A DNA stretch of 64,000 nt from an uncultured Nitrospirales bacterium (lineage in GTDB: Bacteria; Nitrospirota; Nitrospiria; Nitrospirales; NS-4). Below the pieces are notes generated by a model, which saw only the letters and a list, made by a program, of their open reading frames with translations, did no database searches and had not been told where the DNA came from. Location: contig CAYYLQ010000011.1 in the NCBI GenBank assembly GCA_964472655.1, positions 11,227 through 75,226 of the forward strand, read 5' to 3'. Shown here piece after piece: positions 1 to 7,759 of this stretch. A program made the position numbers and the translations under genes. Position 1 is the first letter of the stretch. The number at the start of each line of letters is the position of its first letter.

Positions 1-1634
1 CGGTCACGACGTACGGCGTGGCCGCCCATCATGCCGGCCACCTGCCGTCCTGGAAGATCGCCATCGAGGAGCTCATGCGGCGCGGCTGTCTTGACGCCGT
101 GTTCGCCACCACCACGCTCGCGGCGGGCGTGGACTTTCCCGCCCGCACCGTCGTTCTCACGCAATCCGGTGTACGCCGCGATCAGGATTTTTCTGATCTC
201 ACCGTGGCGGAGGTCTCCCAAATTTCCGGGCGGGCCGGCCGCCGCAGCAAGGACAGCGTGGGGTTCGCCATCGTCACCCCCTCTCCATATATGGATCTGG
301 GCGTCCTGACGCGCGGCCTGACGGGCCGTTCCGAGCCGGTGGACAGCCAGTTCATCATCAGCTACCCCATGGTGCTGAACCTGCTCAAGGCGCACCCCGT
401 GGACCACATCCAGTCGATTCTTGCGAAGAGCTTTGCGCAGTATCAGATGAACGCCCAGGCCGCGACGCTGGAGCATCGCATCGACAAGCTCCACGCCAAA
501 CTGGAGTCGTATCAGCCGCGCGAGTGCTCCGACTGGCTGACGCAGTGGAGCGCCTACGACCATGCCACGCGCCAGGCGACCCAGAAGCTCCAGACCCGGC
601 GCCACCATCCGCCGGAAGTCCGCGCCCGCCTCCCGTTCCTGACGCCCGGGCGCCTGGTGACCTTTCCCCGCTTCCGCGGCGTGGTCCTGCGGCGCTATCG
701 CAGCAAGGGGCAGCACCACGAGATGGTGACGGTCCTCCGCAACGGCGGCACGGTGGCCGAATGCGTCGTTGCGGACATCAGCGGCGTGGCTGACCGCACG
801 TTCGATTTTGCGCCGGCGCCCGCGTTTCCATGGGCGGCGCCCGAGGCGCTGTCCTGGCTGACCCAACAACTCGGCGATCTGCCCAAGCAGGTACCCGCGA
901 TCAATATGCCCGAACCGGCCCTGGACGAGGAGGCGGGGGAGTTGGTGAAGAGCCTCGGCGATCTCTTCCCATGTCCCACCTGCCCATGCCGGCCGACCTG
1001 CACCAAGGAGTTCAAGGCCGCGAATACGGTGAAGCAGGAATGGATGCACCACACGAGGACCGTCCAGTCGCTTCGCACCGGGCTCTGGCACAAGTTCCAG
1101 GAACGCGCCGACACGCTCCAGGATTTGGGCTACCTGGACCACGCGCACAAGCTGACGGACGACGGCGAATGGGCCCGGCTGATCCGGATCGATTTTTCGC
1201 TCCTCATCACCGAGTTGATCCGCGCACACGCCTTTCAGGCGGTCACTCCCGGGGCGTTGGCAGGAATCATGGCGTGCATCTCCTACGAAAACGATCGGCC
1301 CGGGTCGTTTCCCCGTATCAGTGCCGCGCTGGCCGGCCTCGTCGCCACGACGCGCCGCATGGCGGACTCGCTGGCGCCACACGACGATCCGCCGCTGCTG
1401 CGGGCCGATGTGGGCGGTCTTGCCGAACGGTGGGTCGGAGAAACGACCGTGACCTGGGTGCAGCTCTGCCGGTCCACGTCGATGGCCGAGGGCGACATCT
1501 ATCGTCTGCTGTCCCGGACCCTCGAGTATCTCTCGCAGGTTCACCAACTGCAGGCCACGCATCCCGACTTGGCATCCATCGCGGCGGAGGCCCTGAGCCG
1601 CATCCGCCGCGGCGTGCTGGAGGAATTGCCGTGA
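1..1634 (+). CDS. Ski2/HelY-like DExH-box helicase, C-terminal part (5' end outside the window)
   Basis: The frame is open from base 3 (..YGVAAHHAGHLP). Helicase motif V-like TTTLAAGVDFPA and motif VI-like QISGRAGRR are present. The long C-terminal region ends DSHCT-like (DGEWARLIRIDFSLLITELI ... EGDIYRLLSRTLEYLSQV). Stop TGA at 1632-1634. Confidence 0.8.
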   Translation, partial: VTTYGVAAHHAGHLPSWKIAIEELMRRGCLDAVFATTTLAAGVDFPARTVVLTQSGVRRDQDFSDLTVAEVSQISGRAGRRSKDSVGFAIVTPSPYMDLGVLTRGLTGRSEPVDSQFIISYPMVLNLLKAHPVDHIQSILAKSFAQYQMNAQAATLEHRIDKLHAKLESYQPRECSDWLTQWSAYDHATRQATQKLQTRRHHPPEVRARLPFLTPGRLVTFPRFRGVVLRRYRSKGQHHEMVTVLRNGGTVAECVVADISGVADRTFDFAPAPAFPWAAPEALSWLTQQLGDLPKQVPAINMPEPALDEEAGELVKSLGDLFPCPTCPCRPTCTKEFKAANTVKQEWMHHTRTVQSLRTGLWHKFQERADTLQDLGYLDHAHKLTDDGEWARLIRIDFSLLITELIRAHAFQAVTPGALAGIMACISYENDRPGSFPRISAALAGLVATTRRMADSLAPHDDPPLLRADVGGLAERWVGETTVTWVQLCRSTSMAEGDIYRLLSRTLEYLSQVHQLQATHPDLASIAAEALSRIRRGVLEELP

Positions 1635-2653
1635 CCCGTGACGAACTCGAGCGCGCGCTGGCCGAACTCCCCTTCCGGTTGTTGCGCCGTCTGACTCGGT
1701 CGATCGCCGGTCCTCCGGCAATGCGGATGGGCAAGCGTCGCCTCATCCATATAATCATGGCGGAGGCGGAAACCAACCGGGAACGGATCGAGGCGGCGAT
1801 CCGGACGCATCAGGCGGAGCAGCAGGCCGTCGCCGCCGTTTCTCCCGCGCCGGCCGCCGCGGCATCCGATCCCAAAGCCGGGAAACCGGCCGACCTCGGC
1901 TCGTTCCTGGAAGGGATCGGCGTACCGGAGCCGCGCCCCTTCGTGCCGGACGACTGGCAGGTGGAGGCGGTAGACGCGCTGGAGCGGGGCGACGTGATCG
2001 TGAGCGTCCCGACTGGCAGCGGCAAGACCTATGTGGCGGTCGAGGCGACGCGCCGCGCCATGTACGAAGATCGGACCGTCGTCTATACCTCGCCGTTGAA
2101 GGCCCTGTCGAACACGAAATTCACGGAGTTCACCAAGATCTTCGGGCCGGAGTTCGTCGGCATCATCACCGGTGACCGGCGGGACAATCCCACCGCTCCA
2201 ATCCTGATCATGACCACGGAAATCCTTCGGAACCTGCTGTACGACGCGGCAGGCGGTGAAATCGACGTCCGCCTGGACACGCTCGGTCTCGTCATTCTCG
2301 ACGAGAGTCAATTCCTGGCCGATCCGGAGCGCGGCGTCGTCTGGGAAGAAACGATCATCTTCTGCCCGTCCCAGGCGCGGCTCCTCCTCCTATCGGCGTC
2401 CATCGGCAATCCCCAGGAGCTGGCCGCGTGGCTGACCAGCATCCGCCCGAATCCCTGCCACCTCGTCCGCCACCAACGTCGCTCGGTGCCGCTGCGCGCC
2501 GGGTACCTGCACCCGAACGGCAAGCTGACCCCGCTGTTTCGTACGGTCGCCATGCCGCCGTCGCCCTCGCAGGCCGTCCTCCATCCGGAGGCCAAGCGGC
2601 TGTTCACCATGTACGAAGAAGACACCCTTTATACCGGCAGGCGTTCCGGATGA
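1631..2653 (+). CDS. DEAD/DExH helicase N-terminal (RecA1) domain-only protein
   Basis: GTG 1631 overlaps the upstream stop (GTGA). Motifs seen: DDWQVEAVDAL, motif I VPTGSGKTYVA, Ia TSPLKALSN, TGD, MTTEILRN, motif II LDESQ, motif III LSASIGN, then RSVPL and stop. No motifs IV-VI occur in this ORF. The 830-1630 part of the tracked ORF overlaps the upstream helicase out of frame and is not counted. Confidence 0.7.
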   Translation: MTRDELERALAELPFRLLRRLTRSIAGPPAMRMGKRRLIHIIMAEAETNRERIEAAIRTHQAEQQAVAAVSPAPAAAASDPKAGKPADLGSFLEGIGVPEPRPFVPDDWQVEAVDALERGDVIVSVPTGSGKTYVAVEATRRAMYEDRTVVYTSPLKALSNTKFTEFTKIFGPEFVGIITGDRRDNPTAPILIMTTEILRNLLYDAAGGEIDVRLDTLGLVILDESQFLADPERGVVWEETIIFCPSQARLLLLSASIGNPQELAAWLTSIRPNPCHLVRHQRRSVPLRAGYLHPNGKLTPLFRTVAMPPSPSQAVLHPEAKRLFTMYEEDTLYTGRRSG

Positions 2654-3729
2654 CACGCCAGCAATTCTTCTCTGTCTGTTTTTTCGCGATCCTGCTGGTT
2701 CTGCTGTACCAGATCGCCGTCATCTTCAGCCCGTTTCTGCGTCCGGTGCTGTGGGCCGTGATTCTTGCACACGTCGCCTTTCCCCTGCACGACCGTCTGA
2801 CCGCCTTGCTCAAGGGACGCGAGGTCGCCGCCGCAATGCTGTTGACGTTGGGAATCATGGCGCTCGTCGTCGCGCCCATGGTCTTTTTTACGTTTTTGCT
2901 CGTTCAGGAAGCCGGCAATGCGTATGATGACGTCAATACGTGGGTCCAAACCGGCGGGGTGAAGCGATTGCCTGACACGCTCTCCAAGGTCCCGCTTCTC
3001 GGAGGCGTGCGCGCCCAGCAACAGCTCACGAAGCTCATCGGGACCAAGGGAAACCTTGACGCGTTCTTTTTGCAAAGCGCAAAGGCCCTGAGCGGATTTA
3101 TCGTCGACCAGCTCACCGGCCTGGCCAAAAACGCTTTTATGCTGGCGGTCAACTCCCTCGTGATCATTGTCACGACGTTCTTTTTCTTCAAAGACGGAAA
3201 ACGGCTCGTGAAGAGTCTCTATCAAATTACCCCTCTGGAGGAGGCGCACAAGGAAAAGATCTTCTCGCGTCTAGACCAGACGATCAAAGCGGTGGTCAAG
3301 GGAATTGTCATTACGGCGATCGTGCAAGGCCTGCTTGCAGGGCTCGCCTATGCGGTCCTGGACGTGCCGTTTCCGGTCTTCCTGACGGCTCTCACCATTG
3401 TCCTCGCGCCGCTTCCGTTCGGCGGCACGGCCTTGGTCTGGGGGCCTGCGGCCCTCTACCTGTTCTGGGCTGGGCCGACGTGGAAAGGGATCGCCATGCT
3501 GGCGTGGGGGGCGGGCGTGGTGACGACCGTGGACAACGTGCTGCGGCCGCTGCTGATCGGTCAAGGGGCCAAGCTTCCGGTGCTCTTCCTCTTCTTCAGC
3601 ATCCTCGGCGGCCTCGCGGCCTACGGGCTGATCGGGCTTTTCCTCGGCCCGATCCTGCTGGCCATCCTCCTCACCACCATCCAGATCTATCGTGAAGACT
3701 ATCTGAGCGAGCAGCGGCCCCCCGGTTAG
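2650..3729 (+). CDS. AI-2E family (PerM/UPF0118-type) membrane transporter
   Basis: ATG 2650 overlaps the upstream stop (ATGA). The protein has multiple hydrophobic TM segments. Family-typical blocks: FFFFKDGKRL, GLLAGLAYAVLDVPFPVFLTAL, LPFGGTALVWGPAALY, VDNVLRPLLIG. Confidence 0.8.
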   Translation: MTRQQFFSVCFFAILLVLLYQIAVIFSPFLRPVLWAVILAHVAFPLHDRLTALLKGREVAAAMLLTLGIMALVVAPMVFFTFLLVQEAGNAYDDVNTWVQTGGVKRLPDTLSKVPLLGGVRAQQQLTKLIGTKGNLDAFFLQSAKALSGFIVDQLTGLAKNAFMLAVNSLVIIVTTFFFFKDGKRLVKSLYQITPLEEAHKEKIFSRLDQTIKAVVKGIVITAIVQGLLAGLAYAVLDVPFPVFLTALTIVLAPLPFGGTALVWGPAALYLFWAGPTWKGIAMLAWGAGVVTTVDNVLRPLLIGQGAKLPVLFLFFSILGGLAAYGLIGLFLGPILLAILLTTIQIYREDYLSEQRPPG

Positions 3730-4802
3730 GATTTCGGGCAGGCGGCCTGGGGGGGCGCGGCGTCCGACGGCGGGTCGCCGTAAATGTGCTCGGCGAGGCT
3801 CTTGGCCAGCGCGGAAGAGACTTCCTGTTGGAGCGACTTGAGGGCGCGGCCGGAGGCTTCCGGAATGGTCAGATGCCCCTCGCGGCCGGAACGGGCTACG
3901 CTGCCGAGCATCCGCTGATCTCCCTGATTCACGATGACGAAATCGGCGCACCACCGGATATACCGGAACCGCGGATCCGGAAGATCTGCCGGCCAGAGCC
4001 GCGCCTCCCCCTTCACCAGCAAATCCGCACTCGCCACATTTCCCGACGCGTCGCGCGCCGTCACCGGCAGGCCTTCGCGCGCCAAGCCTTCCATCACGGC
4101 TTGCCGGACAGCCTCGGCCTGGTCTCCTTTCACCTCAACGGCGACGACGACGCTCTCATGCAGGAGTTTCTCCCATTCGCCGGTCAGCCCCGCGACGGAA
4201 TAGTCGGCGGCGATCCCCCGACCGCCGGCGACCACGCGTAAATCGCTGTTGTACGTGTCCCGCGCAATCAACGTCCGGATCGCGCGCCGCAGTCCACGGA
4301 CCTTGAGGTATTTATCCGTTGCCGCCCGCGCCTCTTTCACGTCCCGGCCGATCGCCTCGTCCAACTCCGCGATCTTACTCCTCAACGAGGACTGCGCCGC
4401 CGCGCGGTTCATCACCGCCAACGCCGAATTGAGTCCGGTCTTGGCGTCGCGCCACGTCTCGGCGATCTTCACGTTCTCCAGCAGCTTGTCGGTGGAGACT
4501 TTCGTCACCGAGTCCAGCGTCAGCCGGCGCTCAGTCTGGACGTTTCCCCTGGTTTCAAGCGTCAGGTAGGACTCCCAGTCTTTCGCCTGGCTCGTGACCT
4601 CTGCCTTGAAAATCCGGGACACCGCGGCGTACGCGCGCTCCTCCGCCGCGGGCTTGGAGTCCGCCTGCCCGACGCCGATCAGGAATTGCTCGTCGGGATA
4701 GGCCGTCGCTTTCGTCCCCTCGACCCAGTCCGGAACCTTGGGCGCGCTGGCGCAGGCGACGACCAGAAGGGCGATGGCGGCAGGAAACAATCTTCGCATC
4801 AT
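3726..4802 (-). CDS. LPP20-domain lipoprotein (long form)
   Basis: ATG 4802 overlaps the upstream stop (ATGA). Signal peptide plus lipobox MMRRLFPAAIALLVVAC. LPP20-like block FLIGVGQADS..AEERAYAAVSRIFKAEV. The stop overlaps the stop of the convergent AI-2E gene. Confidence 0.65.
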   Translation of the reverse strand: MMRRLFPAAIALLVVACASAPKVPDWVEGTKATAYPDEQFLIGVGQADSKPAAEERAYAAVSRIFKAEVTSQAKDWESYLTLETRGNVQTERRLTLDSVTKVSTDKLLENVKIAETWRDAKTGLNSALAVMNRAAAQSSLRSKIAELDEAIGRDVKEARAATDKYLKVRGLRRAIRTLIARDTYNSDLRVVAGGRGIAADYSVAGLTGEWEKLLHESVVVAVEVKGDQAEAVRQAVMEGLAREGLPVTARDASGNVASADLLVKGEARLWPADLPDPRFRYIRWCADFVIVNQGDQRMLGSVARSGREGHLTIPEASGRALKSLQQEVSSALAKSLAEHIYGDPPSDAAPPQAACPKS

Positions 4803-6256
4803 TGCAGCACCCGCGTGCTGACGAACCGTTTGCCTTGTTCGGGGACGACAACGTCCCGCATCGTCTGTGACGCGACCACCCCTCCGGATAGCCCGATATG
4901 CCGAAGCTCCACGTCGTACGTCCCAGGCGGAACCTTCAGCCTGCCGACGTAGATGCGGTCCGGAAGCGTTGCCCAGCTGCGTTTGTCCGCCTCCTCCGAC
5001 GCAATGGCAAAGATGTGCACCAGCGCGCCCGCCACGGCCCCGGCAAGCGCTCCCGTCTCCTTGTCCCCGACGGCACCGCGCACCCCCGCCCGGACGGCTT
5101 CCGCCAGCGCATATTTCCATGCCGCGCGGGCCACCGCTTTCACCGCCGTTCTGAAGAGCCGCTCTTCCAGGTCCTTCGCGGCGATCGCCGTGACGTTTTC
5201 CATCAGCGCGGAGCGGCTCGTAAAGCGGGCGCCCCCGCCGGTGATGACCGCTTCGGTGTAGGCGACGCCCGATGGGCGCGGTACGAACCGGGGGACCGCC
5301 ACCCTGACGACGCGCCCGGTCAGCCCATACAGAATGCTTTCCGCCGCGCGGTGGTCGCCGGAATAATTCCGGTCGTATCGTTTCGTCGCCAGCACCATGC
5401 CGAGCGCTTCGGGACTGAACGGGATGTCCACAAAGACGTCGCGCTTGAGGGGCGCATGGCCCGCATAGGTGATGAAGACGACTTCGCCCAGGCTCCGGGC
5501 GGCCCTCTCCGACAGCCATGTGATCCCCTCGAACGCGTGCTTGTATTCTTCGTGCTCCGGCGTCAGGCCCACGGCTTCGGACACGCGCAAAAGGTCCTGG
5601 CGGAGCATGTCGGGTACGGGAGTGCCGTAGGCCTGCCGGTATTGATCGAAGGCGTCGAAGGCCAGCCGGTACGCGACGAAGGCGTTGCTGAAGTCCCCCG
5701 TGGTCTCGTACAGCACTCCGCTCAGGTATCGGGCCAGGGCGTCCTTGCTGTAGGTCATGCGCTTCTGGTTTCTATCGGCCAGGACCGTGAGCTTGTGGTC
5801 CACCTTGCGCGCCTCGACCAGCGCATCGTCCCAGAGCCCCAGATGAACATAATTGATGGCCATGAGAACGTTGAGCAGGACTTTCTCGAACTCCTCGCCC
5901 TCGTACGGCAGGGCCTTGTCCGACGTGAAAAAGGATTCGAGTTCCGACCGGATTCGCAGCGTGTAGAAGTCTTCGGACAGCGCTTCGGCCCGCGACAGCG
6001 AATCATTGCTGTCCGTGTATTGGCCGGCCAGGTGCTGGACCATGCCTTTATCCATGAGGTAGAGCACCGTGCTTTGCGTCCCGTAGACGTTCCGCGCCGC
6101 CTCAACGGCGGCAACGGCCTCGGCGGGATTGCCGTCCCGAAGGGCTCCATCGATGCGCGCATAGGGCAGCACCGAAGTCCCGCAGGCGGATGTCGAAGCG
6201 AGAACGATAAGGAGAAACAGGATTGGATGTCTGGACAAGCCGAACAGCCGCGTCAA
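4799..6256 (-). CDS. Large conserved lipoprotein of unknown function (COG3014-like, helical/TPR-like N-half)
   Basis: TTG 6256 overlaps the upstream stop (TTGA). Signal plus lipobox LLIVLASTSAC. It is the partner gene usually found beside LpoB-like lipoproteins. Family assignment is from memory only. Confidence 0.6.
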   Translation of the reverse strand: MTRLFGLSRHPILFLLIVLASTSACGTSVLPYARIDGALRDGNPAEAVAAVEAARNVYGTQSTVLYLMDKGMVQHLAGQYTDSNDSLSRAEALSEDFYTLRIRSELESFFTSDKALPYEGEEFEKVLLNVLMAINYVHLGLWDDALVEARKVDHKLTVLADRNQKRMTYSKDALARYLSGVLYETTGDFSNAFVAYRLAFDAFDQYRQAYGTPVPDMLRQDLLRVSEAVGLTPEHEEYKHAFEGITWLSERAARSLGEVVFITYAGHAPLKRDVFVDIPFSPEALGMVLATKRYDRNYSGDHRAAESILYGLTGRVVRVAVPRFVPRPSGVAYTEAVITGGGARFTSRSALMENVTAIAAKDLEERLFRTAVKAVARAAWKYALAEAVRAGVRGAVGDKETGALAGAVAGALVHIFAIASEEADKRSWATLPDRIYVGRLKVPPGTYDVELRHIGLSGGVVASQTMRDVVVPEQGKRFVSTRVLQ

Positions 6257-6867
6257 AAGATGACGCGTTTCCGTTCCACGACTTTCTTGATCTTCTTCTG
6301 ACCGTACCAGGACTTGACGTTGTTGGAGATGTCCACCATCTCGAGGTCCACCTGGTAGAAGATCGCTTTGGTGCCCTCGGCTTCGTCCTCGATCGTGCTG
6401 ATGGAGCCCCGCAGGAGGTAGTCCGCGCCGATTTCCTTGCCGGGCGGCTTCTGGGTGGACTCGAGGGCGTTGGCCGCCTGCTCGCGACGCTCCTCGCGGA
6501 TCTCCTCCCGCTGGCCCTTGGCCGCCACGAACGTGACCCGGCCCGAGTTGGTCAGCTCCCGTTCTAGATCGCTGATGAAGGTCTGCACGTTGATGTGCTC
6601 GTGGCTACGGTTCGTCACCGTGCCCACGACCACAACGGGCGGTTTTTTATTTACGCTGGTGTAGTTCTGCAGCCAGGGACGGTCCAGGGCCTCCTTGATC
6701 ATCGCCTCGGCGACCTGCTGTGAGTCGGTATCGTTCCACCGCCCGCTCAGATCGGTGACGGTCGCCGCGTCCACGCGCGACACCGAGGTGGAGGCGCAGC
6801 CGCCGGAGAACGCGAGGGCTGCGGCCAACGCAGCTCCGATGAACGCCCGGCGGTTACCGATTGCCAC
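6253..6867 (-). CDS. LpoB-like lipoprotein (penicillin-binding-protein activator LpoB family)
   Basis: GTG 6867 gives a lipoprotein signal, VAIGNRRAFIGAALAAALAFSGGC. Conserved blocks: DLSGRWNDTDS, VVVVGTVTNRSHEHI, GADYLLRGSIS. The longer tracked start (6942) would add an Arg-rich non-signal leader. Confidence 0.65.
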   Translation of the reverse strand: MAIGNRRAFIGAALAAALAFSGGCASTSVSRVDAATVTDLSGRWNDTDSQQVAEAMIKEALDRPWLQNYTSVNKKPPVVVVGTVTNRSHEHINVQTFISDLERELTNSGRVTFVAAKGQREEIREERREQAANALESTQKPPGKEIGADYLLRGSISTIEDEAEGTKAIFYQVDLEMVDISNNVKSWYGQKKIKKVVERKRVIF

Positions 6868-7423
6868 GTGTCTCTTCTTCCTGTTGCAACCGTTCGAACG
6901 CCTGCTCGGCGTTCTTCCGCACATAGTCCCGCGTCTGCGCATTGAGCTCTTTCATCTGGCCGACTTGTTCCTTGAAGGTTTCGAGGTCCATTTTGGCGAG
7001 CGAATAGATGGTCTTGCCGGTCTTTTCCTCTTTTTCCCAGCGGTCTACGACCACAACGCCGGAAAGGTTGGTGCTCACGAAGGTCTTGAGGGCGCGCTCG
7101 ATATTCTGCTCCTCGCTGGATTTCGTAAAATCGCCGGCCGTCGTGGACACGGCATAGTCCCGCATCAGATACGCCGTGTAGGTGTCCATGTACTTGGCGA
7201 GATCGGCCCGTGCCCGGTTGTCGGCCGCCTCCCGCGCCAGGGGCTCGTTCTTGACGCCGACGACGCCTCCTACGCCGTAGAAAGCCTTGCTGTTCTTCTC
7301 GTTCATGTACCCGCCGCCCTTTTCCACCCACTTGGGCGTACTCGCGCAGGCGGCCAGCAGCATCGCCGCGCCGGCGGTTATGACGACCATCAAGGCCCAT
7401 TTCATCGCGCCTTGGAACCTCAT
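6854..7423 (-). CDS. LPP20 family lipoprotein
   Basis: ATG 7423 is preceded by GAAGGAGGG. Signal plus lipobox AAMLLAAC. LPP20-like block FYGVGGVVGVKNEPLAREAADNRARADLAKY. Confidence 0.65.
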   Translation of the reverse strand: MRFQGAMKWALMVVITAGAAMLLAACASTPKWVEKGGGYMNEKNSKAFYGVGGVVGVKNEPLAREAADNRARADLAKYMDTYTAYLMRDYAVSTTAGDFTKSSEEQNIERALKTFVSTNLSGVVVVDRWEKEEKTGKTIYSLAKMDLETFKEQVGQMKELNAQTRDYVRKNAEQAFERLQQEEETRGNR

Positions 7424-7449
7424 GGCAGGCCCTCCTTCATCACTCAAAA

Positions 7450-7478
7450 AGGCTAACATGCAGTCCACCCCCTGTCAA
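7450..7478 (-). promoter_or_regulatory. Candidate sigma-70 promoter of the lipoprotein operon
   Basis: Minus strand reads TTGACA (7478-7473), 17 nt, TAGCCT (7455-7450), about 27 nt upstream of ATG 7423. Sequence match only. Confidence 0.3.
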
Positions 7479-7581
7479 GAAAACCAGGCGGTCTGGACCT
7501 CTACTTGTATCAGTTAGACACGGCAGGAAGTAAAAGGTAAAATGGGTGCGTAAGCTACGGAAAGTTTTGGAAAGGAACGTC

Positions 7582-7758
7582 ATGGAGCAGGCCAAGGAAA
7601 TCAGGATCGAAGACGGCATTGTCTACATCACCAGCCTCTACCTGCAGGATCCCCAGGCGGCCGCGATCCTGGCGGAATACCCGGAGAGTCGGTGGCCGGA
7701 AATGACCAGGCGCGCGCTTAAGATCGGCCTTAACTACATGAAGGGCGGCGCAGACTGA
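7582..7758 (+). CDS. Small hypothetical protein (58 aa) immediately upstream of acs
   Basis: ATG 7582 is preceded by GGAAAGGAA. Stop TGA 7756-7758 lies 1 nt before the acs ATG. I recognised no family. GTG 7546 is an alternative start. Confidence 0.35.
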   Translation: MEQAKEIRIEDGIVYITSLYLQDPQAAAILAEYPESRWPEMTRRALKIGLNYMKGGAD

Positions 7759-7759
7759 T

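Noticed and set aside
830-1630. The N-terminal 267 codons of the tracked 607-aa ORF 830-2653.
   Set aside because: This part overlaps the helicase gene out of frame and is Arg/Gly/Pro-rich, typical of high-GC off-frame translation. Recognisable helicase sequence only begins after GTG 1631, which is coupled to the upstream stop.
4898-6301. A long plus-strand ORF (467 aa) antisense to the large lipoprotein gene.
   Set aside because: It is a shadow ORF of a high-GC gene, with low-complexity Arg/Gly/Pro-rich translation and no motifs. The minus-strand product has a lipoprotein signal and operon context.
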